Origin: a virus
Taxonomy: Duplodnaviria > Caudoviricetes
Length of the DNA stretch: 41,050 nucleotides
Reading direction: 5' to 3' (one strand)
Virus record (IMG/VR): IMGVR_UViG_3300044229_003513
Span: 1 to 41,050 of that record
The notes under the pieces are model-generated. The model saw only the letters and a program-made list of their open reading frames with translations. It did no database searches and was not told the DNA's origin. The translations under genes were made by a program, and so were the position numbers. Position 1 is the first letter of the stretch. Each line of letters opens with the position of its first letter. This document shows, in pieces, positions 9,688-18,652 of this stretch.

Positions 9688-10618
9688 CCTACTTGAGTAT
9701 TTGTTCAAGGCGCAAAATGATTTTTCTTCAAAGTTTATCGATCAAGAAAATTTGTCACTTGAAGAAAAAGAGCGACTTACTCAAGAGTTTGCTCTGGCGC
9801 TACACAATGAAGTTTCATCTCTTGTAAGAGAAATTAATTTTAAGCACCACGCAAGTGAAAGAAAAGACATTGTAAAAAACTCCATTCTGTTTGAAGGAAT
9901 TGATTGCTTTCGATATCTTTTAGCGATTATGAATTTGTGGGGTTTTACGCCTAAAGAGTTCCTCGAAGCGTTTGATGACAAATCTGCTTATCTGGATATT
10001 AAATACAACAATGAGCAAGAGTGGGCAGGACAACCTGTTATCCTGGTCGATGTCGATGATGTTGTCGCAAACTTCAGAGAAGGATATGCTGAATACTTAA
10101 ATTCTTTGGATGGAGTCAGTGTTGATGTAAGCTCCAGTGAGTACTATTTCACAGAAGGAATCCCTAGAGAAAAGTACAATCCTGAGCTAATCTTTCAAGA
10201 CTTCATCGAAGCCAGAATGCTAAGAACGCTATCATCAGATCAAAGCATGGTAGATGCTGTTAATAAACTATACGAACAAGGTCACTGGATTCATGTTCTA
10301 ACTGCTAGGCCTGACTGGAATCAAACTTGCAAGTACGACACTTACACGTGGCTTGCAAACTCAGGAATGAAATTTCATAGAGTGTCATTCTCACCTGAGA
10401 AAATGATTTGGGCTGCAAAGTCAAAATACTACGATGAGGATGCAATACTTTGCGCAATAGATGATTCTCCGAAACACTCCAGAGAGTATGCAAAGCACGG
10501 GGTTAAGGTAATCTCTCCAAGCAAAACATACAACACAGAGCTTCAAAATGTTGACAATGTCTTTGTTGTGAATGACGGCAAAGAGGTGGACCAAGTAATT
10601 CAAAACTTTGGAGGTTAA
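9611..10618 (+). CDS. Fusion of a second all-alpha NTP-PPase-like domain and a HAD 5'(3')-deoxyribonucleotidase (NT5C-like)
   Basis: N-domain LHNEVSSLVREINFKHH...FEGIDCFRY parallels the upstream ORF. C-domain has VDVDDVVANF, LTAR, IDDSPKH. Start is uncertain (77-nt overlap). Confidence 0.72.
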   Translation: MSQKNFLTHFAKRIEEIWTGSEESTDLLEYLFKAQNDFSSKFIDQENLSLEEKERLTQEFALALHNEVSSLVREINFKHHASERKDIVKNSILFEGIDCFRYLLAIMNLWGFTPKEFLEAFDDKSAYLDIKYNNEQEWAGQPVILVDVDDVVANFREGYAEYLNSLDGVSVDVSSSEYYFTEGIPREKYNPELIFQDFIEARMLRTLSSDQSMVDAVNKLYEQGHWIHVLTARPDWNQTCKYDTYTWLANSGMKFHRVSFSPEKMIWAAKSKYYDEDAILCAIDDSPKHSREYAKHGVKVISPSKTYNTELQNVDNVFVVNDGKEVDQVIQNFGG

Positions 10619-10621
10619 TGC

Positions 10622-10628
10622 ATATTTA
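10622..10628 (+). promoter_or_regulatory. Candidate late promoter ATATTTA
   Basis: Intergenic, 19 nt before ATG 10648. Confidence 0.55.
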
Positions 10629-10647
10629 ATTCTGCAGAGGATTTTGT

Positions 10648-10929
10648 ATGTATAACCTTCCTTATCTCTCAGATATTAGAGAAAAGATTGACAAAAAGAT
10701 CGATGAAGACCCGGACTTCTATGACAATGTAAGAGTCAACGGCCTGAGAAAAGATATCGTAGATCTTCTTAAAGACATGAGAGCGTGGGTTGACAACAAA
10801 GATCAAAATCAGATTTTAGGCAAGAATAGAACATATTTACCTGTGAAAGATTTAAACAATAACGTAAATGATTTTTTACAGCGCCATTCTGACATAGTTG
10901 ATACAGCAAAGCGCCTAGGAATTCTATAA
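10648..10929 (+). CDS. Hypothetical protein (93 aa)
   Basis: GAGGA SD, preceded by ATATTTA; TAATG overlap with the next gene. Confidence 0.65.
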   Translation: MYNLPYLSDIREKIDKKIDEDPDFYDNVRVNGLRKDIVDLLKDMRAWVDNKDQNQILGKNRTYLPVKDLNNNVNDFLQRHSDIVDTAKRLGIL

Positions 10930-11864
10930 TGAGAAAAATTAAGATTAAAAAAATCATAAGTGAGGCTTTGCCAGATGCTTCAAAAGGTGATTGTGACGTT
11001 TTTGCTGTTTTTGATTTTGATGAAACAGTAGCTATAACAGACTCTGTCATTCACGTAGTAGACAAAGAATCGGGCAAGAGAAAAAGATCTTTCTCACCTG
11101 ATGAGTACGCTGTTAAGTTTGGAACAGGCGAGGAGTCGTTGTCATCAACGGAAGAGTTTGATTATTCTGAATTTGATGATGTTGACCCAGACACAACTCA
11201 GACAACTGAGGTTTTTGAAATACTGAAAAATGTTGTTGAATGCGGTGTTACGGCTGCAGCAATTTTAACAGCGCGAGGAAGAGAAGCTCGACCAGGCATA
11301 AAAGATTTCCTTTCAAAATTAGGAGTTAATTTACAGGTTATCGATGCAGTAAGTACTTCGTCTCCCGCAGCAAAGGTTGAAAAGTTTAGAGGATATGCAA
11401 GGCAGTTCAACCCTTCAACAATGCATTTCTATGAAGATTCAGATCCTAACAGAAAAGCAGTAGAAGACATGGTAAGGAAGTCTGCAGATTTTGAAGGTAT
11501 TACGGTTTTTATTCACAACGTTAAAAAAGGTGAAAAACAGTCTGGTGGTCACGCTGAAGTAACTTATGAACCTCCAATGCAACCCGATAATCCCATGCTA
11601 AAAGAAGCAAGAGAAAAGACGACGAGCCTTATACTTGAAGCGCTATCTGACACAGACGTTCGTCGCATTGAAGGTATTGCGAGAAGAGAAATTAGAGACT
11701 TCTTAAGACAAAACCTTGAGAAAAAAGTAATGAGCTTTGTGCAAAAAGAACTCAAGGGAAGAGACAACGAAAAGATAATCAGAGATATTGCAGCTAAAGT
11801 AATTGTTGATCTTTATCGCGCTCTCTGGGTCAAGAGATCTTTTTGGGAACAAGATCTAAAATAG
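10929..11864 (+). CDS. HAD-family phosphatase with N-terminal tag and C-terminal helical domain; possibly virion-associated
   Basis: FDFDETV (motif I), ILTARG, FYEDSDPN. N-terminus MRKIKIKKIISEA; extra C-terminal domain ending LWVKRSFWEQDLK. Confidence 0.7.
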   Translation: MRKIKIKKIISEALPDASKGDCDVFAVFDFDETVAITDSVIHVVDKESGKRKRSFSPDEYAVKFGTGEESLSSTEEFDYSEFDDVDPDTTQTTEVFEILKNVVECGVTAAAILTARGREARPGIKDFLSKLGVNLQVIDAVSTSSPAAKVEKFRGYARQFNPSTMHFYEDSDPNRKAVEDMVRKSADFEGITVFIHNVKKGEKQSGGHAEVTYEPPMQPDNPMLKEAREKTTSLILEALSDTDVRRIEGIARREIRDFLRQNLEKKVMSFVQKELKGRDNEKIIRDIAAKVIVDLYRALWVKRSFWEQDLK

Positions 11865-11923
11865 TTTGAACAATCTGGCACGATGATGTAGTATTTCTTA
11901 TGCTTTCATAGGAGATAAACAGC

Positions 11924-12907
11924 ATGCCTCAAAACCCTAATCTTGAACCTGTTACTTTGCCCATGCCTCTTCGGTTTGAAGAGAAGCCGGAAACTGAATT
12001 TGTTAATGATCTTGATGCATTACGTGTTGAGCTTGTTGATAGTCCTACTGGTGAGCAGATTCGCAATGTCGCGTACCGCTATGTAAAAGCTACCTGGGCT
12101 GATTCCCCCGAAGAAACTGACCCCTTGAATGCCACGCAGCGCGAGCTTTCTGAGACTCTTGAAGATGTTATGCAGTTTCGCGCGCTTCCTGCTGGAATGG
12201 AAGCAATGTCCTTTACGTTCCTCGTCGGGGGAATCGACCTCCAGACTGTTACACACTTGATTCGACATCGAGCAGGTACTTTCGCCGCTCAGTGCACTGG
12301 CGATCGCTGGCAGTCTCATAGCCGAGCTTTAATCCCTGCTGCTGTCCAAAACAGTCCTGAAATCTATAACCGCTGGAAGGACCACGTTGAAGCAGGTAAG
12401 CAGCTTTATGCAGATATGATTGACACTAGAGAGATTAGTATTATGGACGCACGAACCATCCTGCCTCGTGCTATCGAAACCTTTTATTACGCTCGATTTA
12501 ATCTGAAAGACTTGATCGGCTTCATCCGACAACGATGTGACAAGCAAATTCAACCTGCAGTAGATAATCTAATGGCAGCCAAGATGGCACTCGAGGTTTG
12601 CAAAGTCATCCCTGAGGCGGCAACTGTTATTGGCACCAAGACACTGACTGGGCCTGCTATGCACTACGTGCGTAATCTTCGAGCTGGAACAGGTACTAAC
12701 CTTTACTGGCCAGATGCAGACACTGATGCCAAGATCGAATATCACCCAAATGATACGATCTATCAGGCTGAAAGAGACGACGTTAACGGAACTAATCCTC
12801 CTGAAAACGAAACTGGAGAAAATAGTAAGTTCCGTCAACACTGGAACTCCTTGTTAGGTCAAATTAACGACATCGAAGTTGAATATCGAGACCGAATGGG
12901 CAGATAA
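11924..12907 (+). CDS. thyX: Divergent flavin-dependent thymidylate synthase (ThyX-like)
   Basis: FTF, HLIRHR-x7-C (Ser in canonical ThyX), DARTILP, NLKDLIGFIRQR. AGGAG SD. Confidence 0.75.
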   Translation: MPQNPNLEPVTLPMPLRFEEKPETEFVNDLDALRVELVDSPTGEQIRNVAYRYVKATWADSPEETDPLNATQRELSETLEDVMQFRALPAGMEAMSFTFLVGGIDLQTVTHLIRHRAGTFAAQCTGDRWQSHSRALIPAAVQNSPEIYNRWKDHVEAGKQLYADMIDTREISIMDARTILPRAIETFYYARFNLKDLIGFIRQRCDKQIQPAVDNLMAAKMALEVCKVIPEAATVIGTKTLTGPAMHYVRNLRAGTGTNLYWPDADTDAKIEYHPNDTIYQAERDDVNGTNPPENETGENSKFRQHWNSLLGQINDIEVEYRDRMGR

Positions 12908-12908
12908 G

Positions 12909-13181
12909 TTGCCGTTTTCAAACAAAAACACGTGCAGAAGGCGAGAGCTAATCTACAACTCTATTGATCTAGATTTAAGCTACGCCGAGGTAAATTCAGT
13001 TTTATTATCAAATAACGAGAAAGAATTATCTGAGCAAGAGTTTCTTATTTGGGAACAGTATTTGCACCCAATCGCAAAATCAGACGAGTTTTTGTATCGA
13101 GATATAGTTGAATTTGGAGCACAGCTACCTGATATTGGGCACGCACTAAGAAAAAGATCTAAAAGAACATCTTTGTCATAG
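12909..13181 (+). CDS. Hypothetical protein
   Basis: ORF fills the gap; probable TTG start just after the thyX-like stop. Confidence 0.55.
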   Translation: MPFSNKNTCRRRELIYNSIDLDLSYAEVNSVLLSNNEKELSEQEFLIWEQYLHPIAKSDEFLYRDIVEFGAQLPDIGHALRKRSKRTSLS

Positions 13182-13191
13182 GAGCATAGAT

Positions 13192-13407
13192 TTGAGCCTT
13201 CAAGAGTTAGACCTGCATGGATTTGATCACGAATGGGCTAGAAAAATGGTTATTTCTTGGTCTAAGCAAAATTTTCCACCTTACAAGATAATAACCGGAA
13301 ACTCAGCGCAAATGCAAAGAATAGTCAGAGAAGTACTTGGAAAAAAATACAATATTGAATATGAAAGTTATCATAATTTAGGAGCACTCATTGTTACCCC
13401 CAGATAA
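13192..13407 (+). CDS. Stand-alone Smr/MutS2-like domain protein
   Basis: ELDLHG and KIITGNS motifs; AGGAG SD with TTG start. Confidence 0.78.
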   Translation: MSLQELDLHGFDHEWARKMVISWSKQNFPPYKIITGNSAQMQRIVREVLGKKYNIEYESYHNLGALIVTPR

Positions 13408-13432
13408 TTTAAACCCAGAGATTTTAAGAGTC

Positions 13433-13555
13433 ATGTTAATGGCTGCCATCATAGAGCTGGAAGAAACTAAAAGAAAGAATTCTTTATACTCTGTGCTTAT
13501 ACCGTTTATGTTTACAGTAGGCCTAGGCGTAGGTTTCTACATTGGAATTTCATAA
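13433..13555 (+). CDS. Small membrane protein (40 aa), not in the ORF track
   Basis: MLMAAIIELEETKRKNSLYSVLIPFMFTVGLGVGFYIGIS* fills the intergenic gap; basic patch followed by one TM helix. Confidence 0.55.
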   Translation: MLMAAIIELEETKRKNSLYSVLIPFMFTVGLGVGFYIGIS

Positions 13556-13568
13556 TTTTGGAGAAAAA

Positions 13569-14006
13569 ATGAAAGTTTATATCGCATCACCGTTTTTCAA
13601 CCCTAAGCAAGTTGATCAAGTCGAGTTTATGAAGAGTGCTTTGACTGCAACTGGCCATGAGTACTTTAGCCCAAAGGATTTTTTCGTCCTTAATCCGAAC
13701 GCAACTCAAGAAGATCGTCAGCGCATTTTTGACGTAAACTGCGAAAAGATTCAGTGGGCTGATTTTGTTCTATGCAACACAGAAGCTAAGGATCTTGGCA
13801 CTATCTGGGAAGCGGGTTACGCTTATGGTATCAACAAGCCTGTTGTTTTCTTTGCTGAAGGACTTCCAGAAGGCAAGTTTAACGTAATGCTCAGCGAAGC
13901 CGGCAAATCTGTTAACACTGATCGTGAACAGCTTGTTGATTACTTAGACCGTGTCCATGAAGCAGGCGAACTTATTTTTGAACAATATACAGGATTTACG
14001 CAGTAG
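13569..14006 (+). CDS. Nucleoside 2-deoxyribosyltransferase / nucleotide N-glycosidase family
   Basis: KVYIASPFF, IFDVNCEKIQWAD, DLGTIWEAGYA (catalytic Glu), FNVML. GGAG SD before ATG 13569. Confidence 0.88.
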   Translation: MKVYIASPFFNPKQVDQVEFMKSALTATGHEYFSPKDFFVLNPNATQEDRQRIFDVNCEKIQWADFVLCNTEAKDLGTIWEAGYAYGINKPVVFFAEGLPEGKFNVMLSEAGKSVNTDREQLVDYLDRVHEAGELIFEQYTGFTQ

Positions 14007-14008
14007 TC

Positions 14009-14332
14009 ATGAAGCACGATATCATTACTGAAGAAAACTCTAGCAGATTTAAAGACCAGACTCAAATGCCAAATTTGGTTCTGTATCCTATTAAGAAAGT
14101 AGACGATAATATTTTTGAAGTAATGAAAAAGGAAACAGTGGTTTTCTGGGGGAACAAAGAAGGCGACAGCATCAGATCTTCCAACGTAACCTTAAAACCC
14201 ATTGGAAAATTTGATGGAGAATTAAGCGAGGCTTTAAACGTTTTAAAATCAACGCTTCCTCCTTCTCAAGCCTTTCTAATTCACATAGAAGGAAAAAATA
14301 TCAGTCGGGCAATGGTGCCTCTGAAAAAGTAA
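14009..14332 (+). CDS. Hypothetical protein
   Basis: Tightly packed ORF in the operon. Confidence 0.6.
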   Translation: MKHDIITEENSSRFKDQTQMPNLVLYPIKKVDDNIFEVMKKETVVFWGNKEGDSIRSSNVTLKPIGKFDGELSEALNVLKSTLPPSQAFLIHIEGKNISRAMVPLKK

Positions 14333-14340
14333 GGTATTTT

Positions 14341-14691
14341 ATGAACATTAATGAGACAAAAAGTATTTTAATCGAAGCTCATGAGCAACTTTGTTCATTT
14401 GCAAAGTCACTTTATTCTTTAGGATTCGACGAAGACTATTTTGATTTTGAATTCGAGTGGATTCAAATGTGCGTAGGATTGTGCGAAATCTATTCCGCGA
14501 GCACAGATGAGTTTGTAAAAAGCCGTGCTCTGAAGAAACTTAATGCTTTCTTGGAAAACGACAACTCAGATACACAACTTTCTTTTAATTTTACTGATTC
14601 TGATAAGTCAAATAGAGTCAAGGCAGTTCGGCCTACTAAAGAAAATACCATGTCGCTTGATTTTGAGAGCGTAAATTTCATTGACGACTAA
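14341..14691 (+). CDS. Hypothetical protein
   Basis: AAGG SD, tightly packed ORF. Confidence 0.6.
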   Translation: MNINETKSILIEAHEQLCSFAKSLYSLGFDEDYFDFEFEWIQMCVGLCEIYSASTDEFVKSRALKKLNAFLENDNSDTQLSFNFTDSDKSNRVKAVRPTKENTMSLDFESVNFIDD

Positions 14692-14881
14692 CGAAAGAAA
14701 ACCTATTCTGGAAGATGAGAGCATTCTTTGGCCCGGAACAAAGATCGTGGTTAAAGAAACCAAGGAGCAAGCGATAATCTTGCACTCTCTCAGATACGGT
14801 GAAACTTATTCTGTTCAAACGCCCTCGGGTAACGTTTTAACTCTTAAGAAAACAGATATGGAGATCATGTCATGCGAGTAA
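14681..14881 (+). CDS. Small hypothetical protein (SH3/KOW-like beta pattern)
   Basis: PGTKIVVKETKEQAIIL...YSVQ; overlaps both neighbours by a few bases. Confidence 0.5.
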   Translation: MTTNERKPILEDESILWPGTKIVVKETKEQAIILHSLRYGETYSVQTPSGNVLTLKKTDMEIMSCE

Positions 14882-15843
14882 TGATCACAGGCGAAGCAGG
14901 ATTTATAGCAAAAAATCTACCTGCCTCCTTTAATGCACTTGGGCACGAGTTTGTTCCGTTTTTGAACAACAAGAATTTGGTGTGCCTTGATACAGGTGAA
15001 CCTTGTGTGCATAGAAACACAGAAGATGACTGGGCTAGAGAGTTATCTGCCAACGAAATTAATTTAATAGTGCACAATGCTGCTGTTGTAGGCACTGACG
15101 TTGTTGCGCTTAACAGTGCTGAGTCTACGCAATCTAATGTGACAGGAACTTACAATATTTGCAGAGCTGCAAAAAAGCTGAATATTCCAGTTTGCTATAT
15201 CGGAACCACAGTGATTTACGATACATCTGCCTACCAAAGAAACGTCATTCACGAAACGTCAGCGAGATTTCCAAGAACTCTTTATGGAATCCAAAAAAGA
15301 GCATCAGAAGATATCGTGATATCAGTTTGCAATGACTACAATATTGTGAGGCCTTTGTTTGCGTATGGAGGTGTCGGCGACATGAACAGTTTGATTTCAA
15401 AAACTTTCTACGCTGCTACTAAGGGCGTAGAACAAATTGATATGTTTCTTGATCCAGCTAAGGTTAAAGACTATATGCATGTTGAAGACTTTTGTGACGG
15501 TGTTGCAATAGCATGTCATAACCGGGCGTGGGGAACTAGCTTCAATATTGCAGCAGAAAATCCTTATGACACTCGAGAAATAGTTAGAGTGATGGAAAGA
15601 ACCTCAGGTCTAGATTTAATGCATAAAATAAAGTGGCACCCTGAGACTGACTACCTTGGAAATCATAGACTTTCCGCAGAAAAGTTTAAGACAGCTTTTA
15701 ATTGGAAACCTAGGTATACACTCAAGACGGGAATTCAAGAGGCTTGGAATTCAATCTCAGCTTCCCAAGACATAAACTACGATCCTCTTAAGCACTTAAA
15801 TGAAGCAAAAGAAAAAGGTGTGGATCTAACGCAGTTTTACTAG
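14872..15843 (+). CDS. NAD-dependent NDP-sugar epimerase/dehydratase (extended SDR), divergent
   Basis: ITGEAGFIA, HNAA, YGIQK (YxxxK), KDYMHVEDF. Confidence 0.88.
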   Translation: MRVMITGEAGFIAKNLPASFNALGHEFVPFLNNKNLVCLDTGEPCVHRNTEDDWARELSANEINLIVHNAAVVGTDVVALNSAESTQSNVTGTYNICRAAKKLNIPVCYIGTTVIYDTSAYQRNVIHETSARFPRTLYGIQKRASEDIVISVCNDYNIVRPLFAYGGVGDMNSLISKTFYAATKGVEQIDMFLDPAKVKDYMHVEDFCDGVAIACHNRAWGTSFNIAAENPYDTREIVRVMERTSGLDLMHKIKWHPETDYLGNHRLSAEKFKTAFNWKPRYTLKTGIQEAWNSISASQDINYDPLKHLNEAKEKGVDLTQFY

Positions 15844-15855
15844 AGTAGAAATAAA

Positions 15856-17016
15856 TTGCCAAAAGATTTACCTGATAACGTAATTCCTTTTCCGCTGGAA
15901 AAAATCAATCCACCAAAAGAGGAAATGTTTTATCACGACATCATTAAAACGAAAACTGCGTCGGAGATGACTGACGAAGAGTTAGTTTTCTGTCTTCTTA
16001 ACACGCCACTCTCTACGCTTGGTGATGCTTACGATGAAAAATTTTGGTCTAGAAGAATTTCTTTGCTAATCAAAATAGGCGCTTCATTAGGCCATCCAGA
16101 TATTATAGATGTGTTTGACTGCGTAGAACCTGAAGATCAAATTGAAGTCGAAAAACATCGATTTGATGTATGCGTTTCTCGAGGCAATAAAATAGTAACC
16201 ATTTGTGAGCTTAAGTGCCTCGCAGGGATCTCTGAAAATCAACTTGAAAAGTATAGCAAAAAACTTGAGACCAAAAAGTCAAAATCGGCAGCAAGGTATT
16301 TGATCTCTTTGTTTGACCCAAACTACGATCAGGTGCCAGATCAATGGAAAGATATATCACTCTGTTATTTCTCAGAAGCCTTTAGAGAAATCTCAGAAGT
16401 CTTGGTTCGAAATCCTGCTATCGCAAACGATTTTTTAAACTGTCATGATTTTTTAATACTTGTCGATGAGCTCGCTTACAGGTTTGATTCAGATATGAAC
16501 AATTTTGATGACAATACTGCAGACCTGATTAGAATAAAAGAAATGGCGCTTAGAACTGACTTCTTTAAGCCGCTAGACAGGATTGTCCAACAAGTGTGTG
16601 CATCTGATGCTTGCAAGACTCTTGAGAAAAATAAGCAAGATTTCTTTCTTCATGCAGGAAATACACGCGGAAATAACTACTTCAATATTTTTACCAACGT
16701 TGAAGGAGTCGAAGTAGGAGTTCAGTTTCAAAACGGTGCGTTAAAACTGTATAGAAATAGTCAAAAAGATACTCCAGAATTAAATGAAGTGCTGAGCAGA
16801 ATTGCAAACTTCATATCGAAGTCAGAAAGAGGATTTTCGATTGATCGAGGCAAAGGATTCAGGTCTATTCGATTAAATGCTCTAAAAAGTAAGTGTGACC
16901 CCTGGACACTCGAGGGAAAAAAGCAGATTATTAAAACTTGTGTCGAAGCGATTATTTTATTGAATTCGATATCGTGTAAAAATGAAATGCTTGTGATAGA
17001 ATCTTTACATGATTAA
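15856..17016 (+). CDS. PD-(D/E)xK nuclease-family protein
   Basis: E-x3-FD...ICELK...ENQLEKY motif. Confidence 0.65.
   Translation: MPKDLPDNVIPFPLEKINPPKEEMFYHDIIKTKTASEMTDEELVFCLLNTPLSTLGDAYDEKFWSRRISLLIKIGASLGHPDIIDVFDCVEPEDQIEVEKHRFDVCVSRGNKIVTICELKCLAGISENQLEKYSKKLETKKSKSAARYLISLFDPNYDQVPDQWKDISLCYFSEAFREISEVLVRNPAIANDFLNCHDFLILVDELAYRFDSDMNNFDDNTADLIRIKEMALRTDFFKPLDRIVQQVCASDACKTLEKNKQDFFLHAGNTRGNNYFNIFTNVEGVEVGVQFQNGALKLYRNSQKDTPELNEVLSRIANFISKSERGFSIDRGKGFRSIRLNALKSKCDPWTLEGKKQIIKTCVEAIILLNSISCKNEMLVIESLHD
16975..17002 (+). promoter_or_regulatory. Sigma70-like promoter TGTAAA-N16-TAGAAT, probably leaderless
   Basis: Same architecture as 22365-22392; the helicase ATG lies 6 nt after the -10 box with no SD. 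Confidence 0.5.
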
Positions 17017-18649
17017 AACCGAAGACTGGATTGACTATTTTCCTCACGAAACGCCTCGGCCTGTTCAAGAAGACGCTATCAACAGAGTCTTGAATTGTTT
17101 TTTATCGTCTGATAAAAAGTTCTTTATAGCAGAGATGGGAACAGGTTGCGGAAAGTCTGCAATTGGGGTAACAGTTGCAAGATATCTTAACTACGTTGTC
17201 GGAGAACAAATTGAGGGTTTCGCCCGCGGCGCATATTTTGTCACTACTCAAAAAATCCTTCAAGACCAGTATGTAAAAGATTTCGGTGGCTATGGCCCCA
17301 TGAGAAGCATAAAATCTGCGTCAAACTACCAGTGCGCTTTCCACAAGAAAAACAATTGTGCAGAGTCTCAGGCAATGCTAAGATCTGTTGAGAGAGATAC
17401 ACCTTTCTTTAAGACGTGCTCAGGGCATTGCACATACAGGAAAGCCAAAGATGATTTTTTAAAATCACCTGAGTCGGTTGTTAATTTTCCATATTTTTTG
17501 ACTGAGGCAACTTATAACGGAAAAATTACTCCTCGAAATTTTCTTGTGCTTGACGAATCTCACAATGCCGAACAAGAACTCTCAAGGTTTATTGAAGTTA
17601 CAGTTTCTGAGCGATTTGTAAAAAGCACACTAAAGATGAATTGGCCAGGAGAAAAGAGCCAACTTAACTCTTTCTTGTGGATTAGAGATAAGTACTTTCC
17701 AAAAGTCAAAGATCGATTAAGTCACGTCGAAGGTATACTCAAGAAGTTTGAGGGCTTAAAAGAAAAACTTGAAGAGTTCGCTGGTTTTGCAAAGCAGCAC
17801 GACATGTTAAAATCTCATGTTGATAGATTAACTACATTTATCAGACACTATGATAAAGAAAACTGGGTCTGCGAATATGACTCTGGATACGGTAGAAAGC
17901 TAGCAAAAACTGTCTTTAAGCCAGTAGATGTATCAGACTTTGCTAAGGACTATTTGCTTAGGCTTGGCCATAAAACTCTTTTGATGTCTGCAACCATTGT
18001 AAATCACAAGTCTTTTTGCAGATCACTGGGTATCCCGCTAGACGAAGCCGAGTTTATCTCAACTCCTTCGCCTTTTCCTAAAGAAGGGCGCCCAATAGTT
18101 GAGCTACTGGTCGGCAAGATGAACGCAAAAGAGATAGATAACACTCTTCCAGTTTTATCACAAACTGTAGAAGAGATCTTAAAGATGCACCCTGAAGAAA
18201 AGGGTATCATTCACTGCCACACTTTTAAAATCGCAAAGTATCTCTGGGAAAACGTAGGCGAAGGAAACCCTCGTCTTCTTTTGCATGACACAGACACCCG
18301 AGATGAAGTGCTGCAGCAGCATATGAAGTCAGAAGAACCTACAGTTTTGCTTAGTCCTTCAATGCAAGAAGGCGTTGACCTTAGGGGTGACTATTCAAGA
18401 TTCCAGATCGTTTGCAAAGTACCTTTTCCATACCTTGGTGACAAGGTCGTCAAGAAGCGAATGTCCAAGTGGCCTGAGTGGTACTCAACTCAAACTGCAA
18501 AAACTGTGATACAGGCAGTAGGACGCAGTGTAAGATCTGAAGACGACCATGCTGTCACCTACATTTTAGACGAAGGCTGGCGATACTTTTATAATCGTCA
18601 CAAGGAATACTTTCCAAAAGACTTCAGAGAGTGTTTACAAAGGTACTAA
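17009..18649 (+). CDS. DinG/YoaA/XPD-family SF2 DNA helicase with probable Fe-S cluster
   Basis: Q-motif PRPVQ, EMGTGCGKS, four Cys (NYQC, NC, TC, HC), DESHN, LMSAT, EGVDL, KVPFP, QAVGRSVRSEDD. Confidence 0.9.
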   Translation: MIKTEDWIDYFPHETPRPVQEDAINRVLNCFLSSDKKFFIAEMGTGCGKSAIGVTVARYLNYVVGEQIEGFARGAYFVTTQKILQDQYVKDFGGYGPMRSIKSASNYQCAFHKKNNCAESQAMLRSVERDTPFFKTCSGHCTYRKAKDDFLKSPESVVNFPYFLTEATYNGKITPRNFLVLDESHNAEQELSRFIEVTVSERFVKSTLKMNWPGEKSQLNSFLWIRDKYFPKVKDRLSHVEGILKKFEGLKEKLEEFAGFAKQHDMLKSHVDRLTTFIRHYDKENWVCEYDSGYGRKLAKTVFKPVDVSDFAKDYLLRLGHKTLLMSATIVNHKSFCRSLGIPLDEAEFISTPSPFPKEGRPIVELLVGKMNAKEIDNTLPVLSQTVEEILKMHPEEKGIIHCHTFKIAKYLWENVGEGNPRLLLHDTDTRDEVLQQHMKSEEPTVLLSPSMQEGVDLRGDYSRFQIVCKVPFPYLGDKVVKKRMSKWPEWYSTQTAKTVIQAVGRSVRSEDDHAVTYILDEGWRYFYNRHKEYFPKDFRECLQRY

Positions 18650-18652
18650 TCA

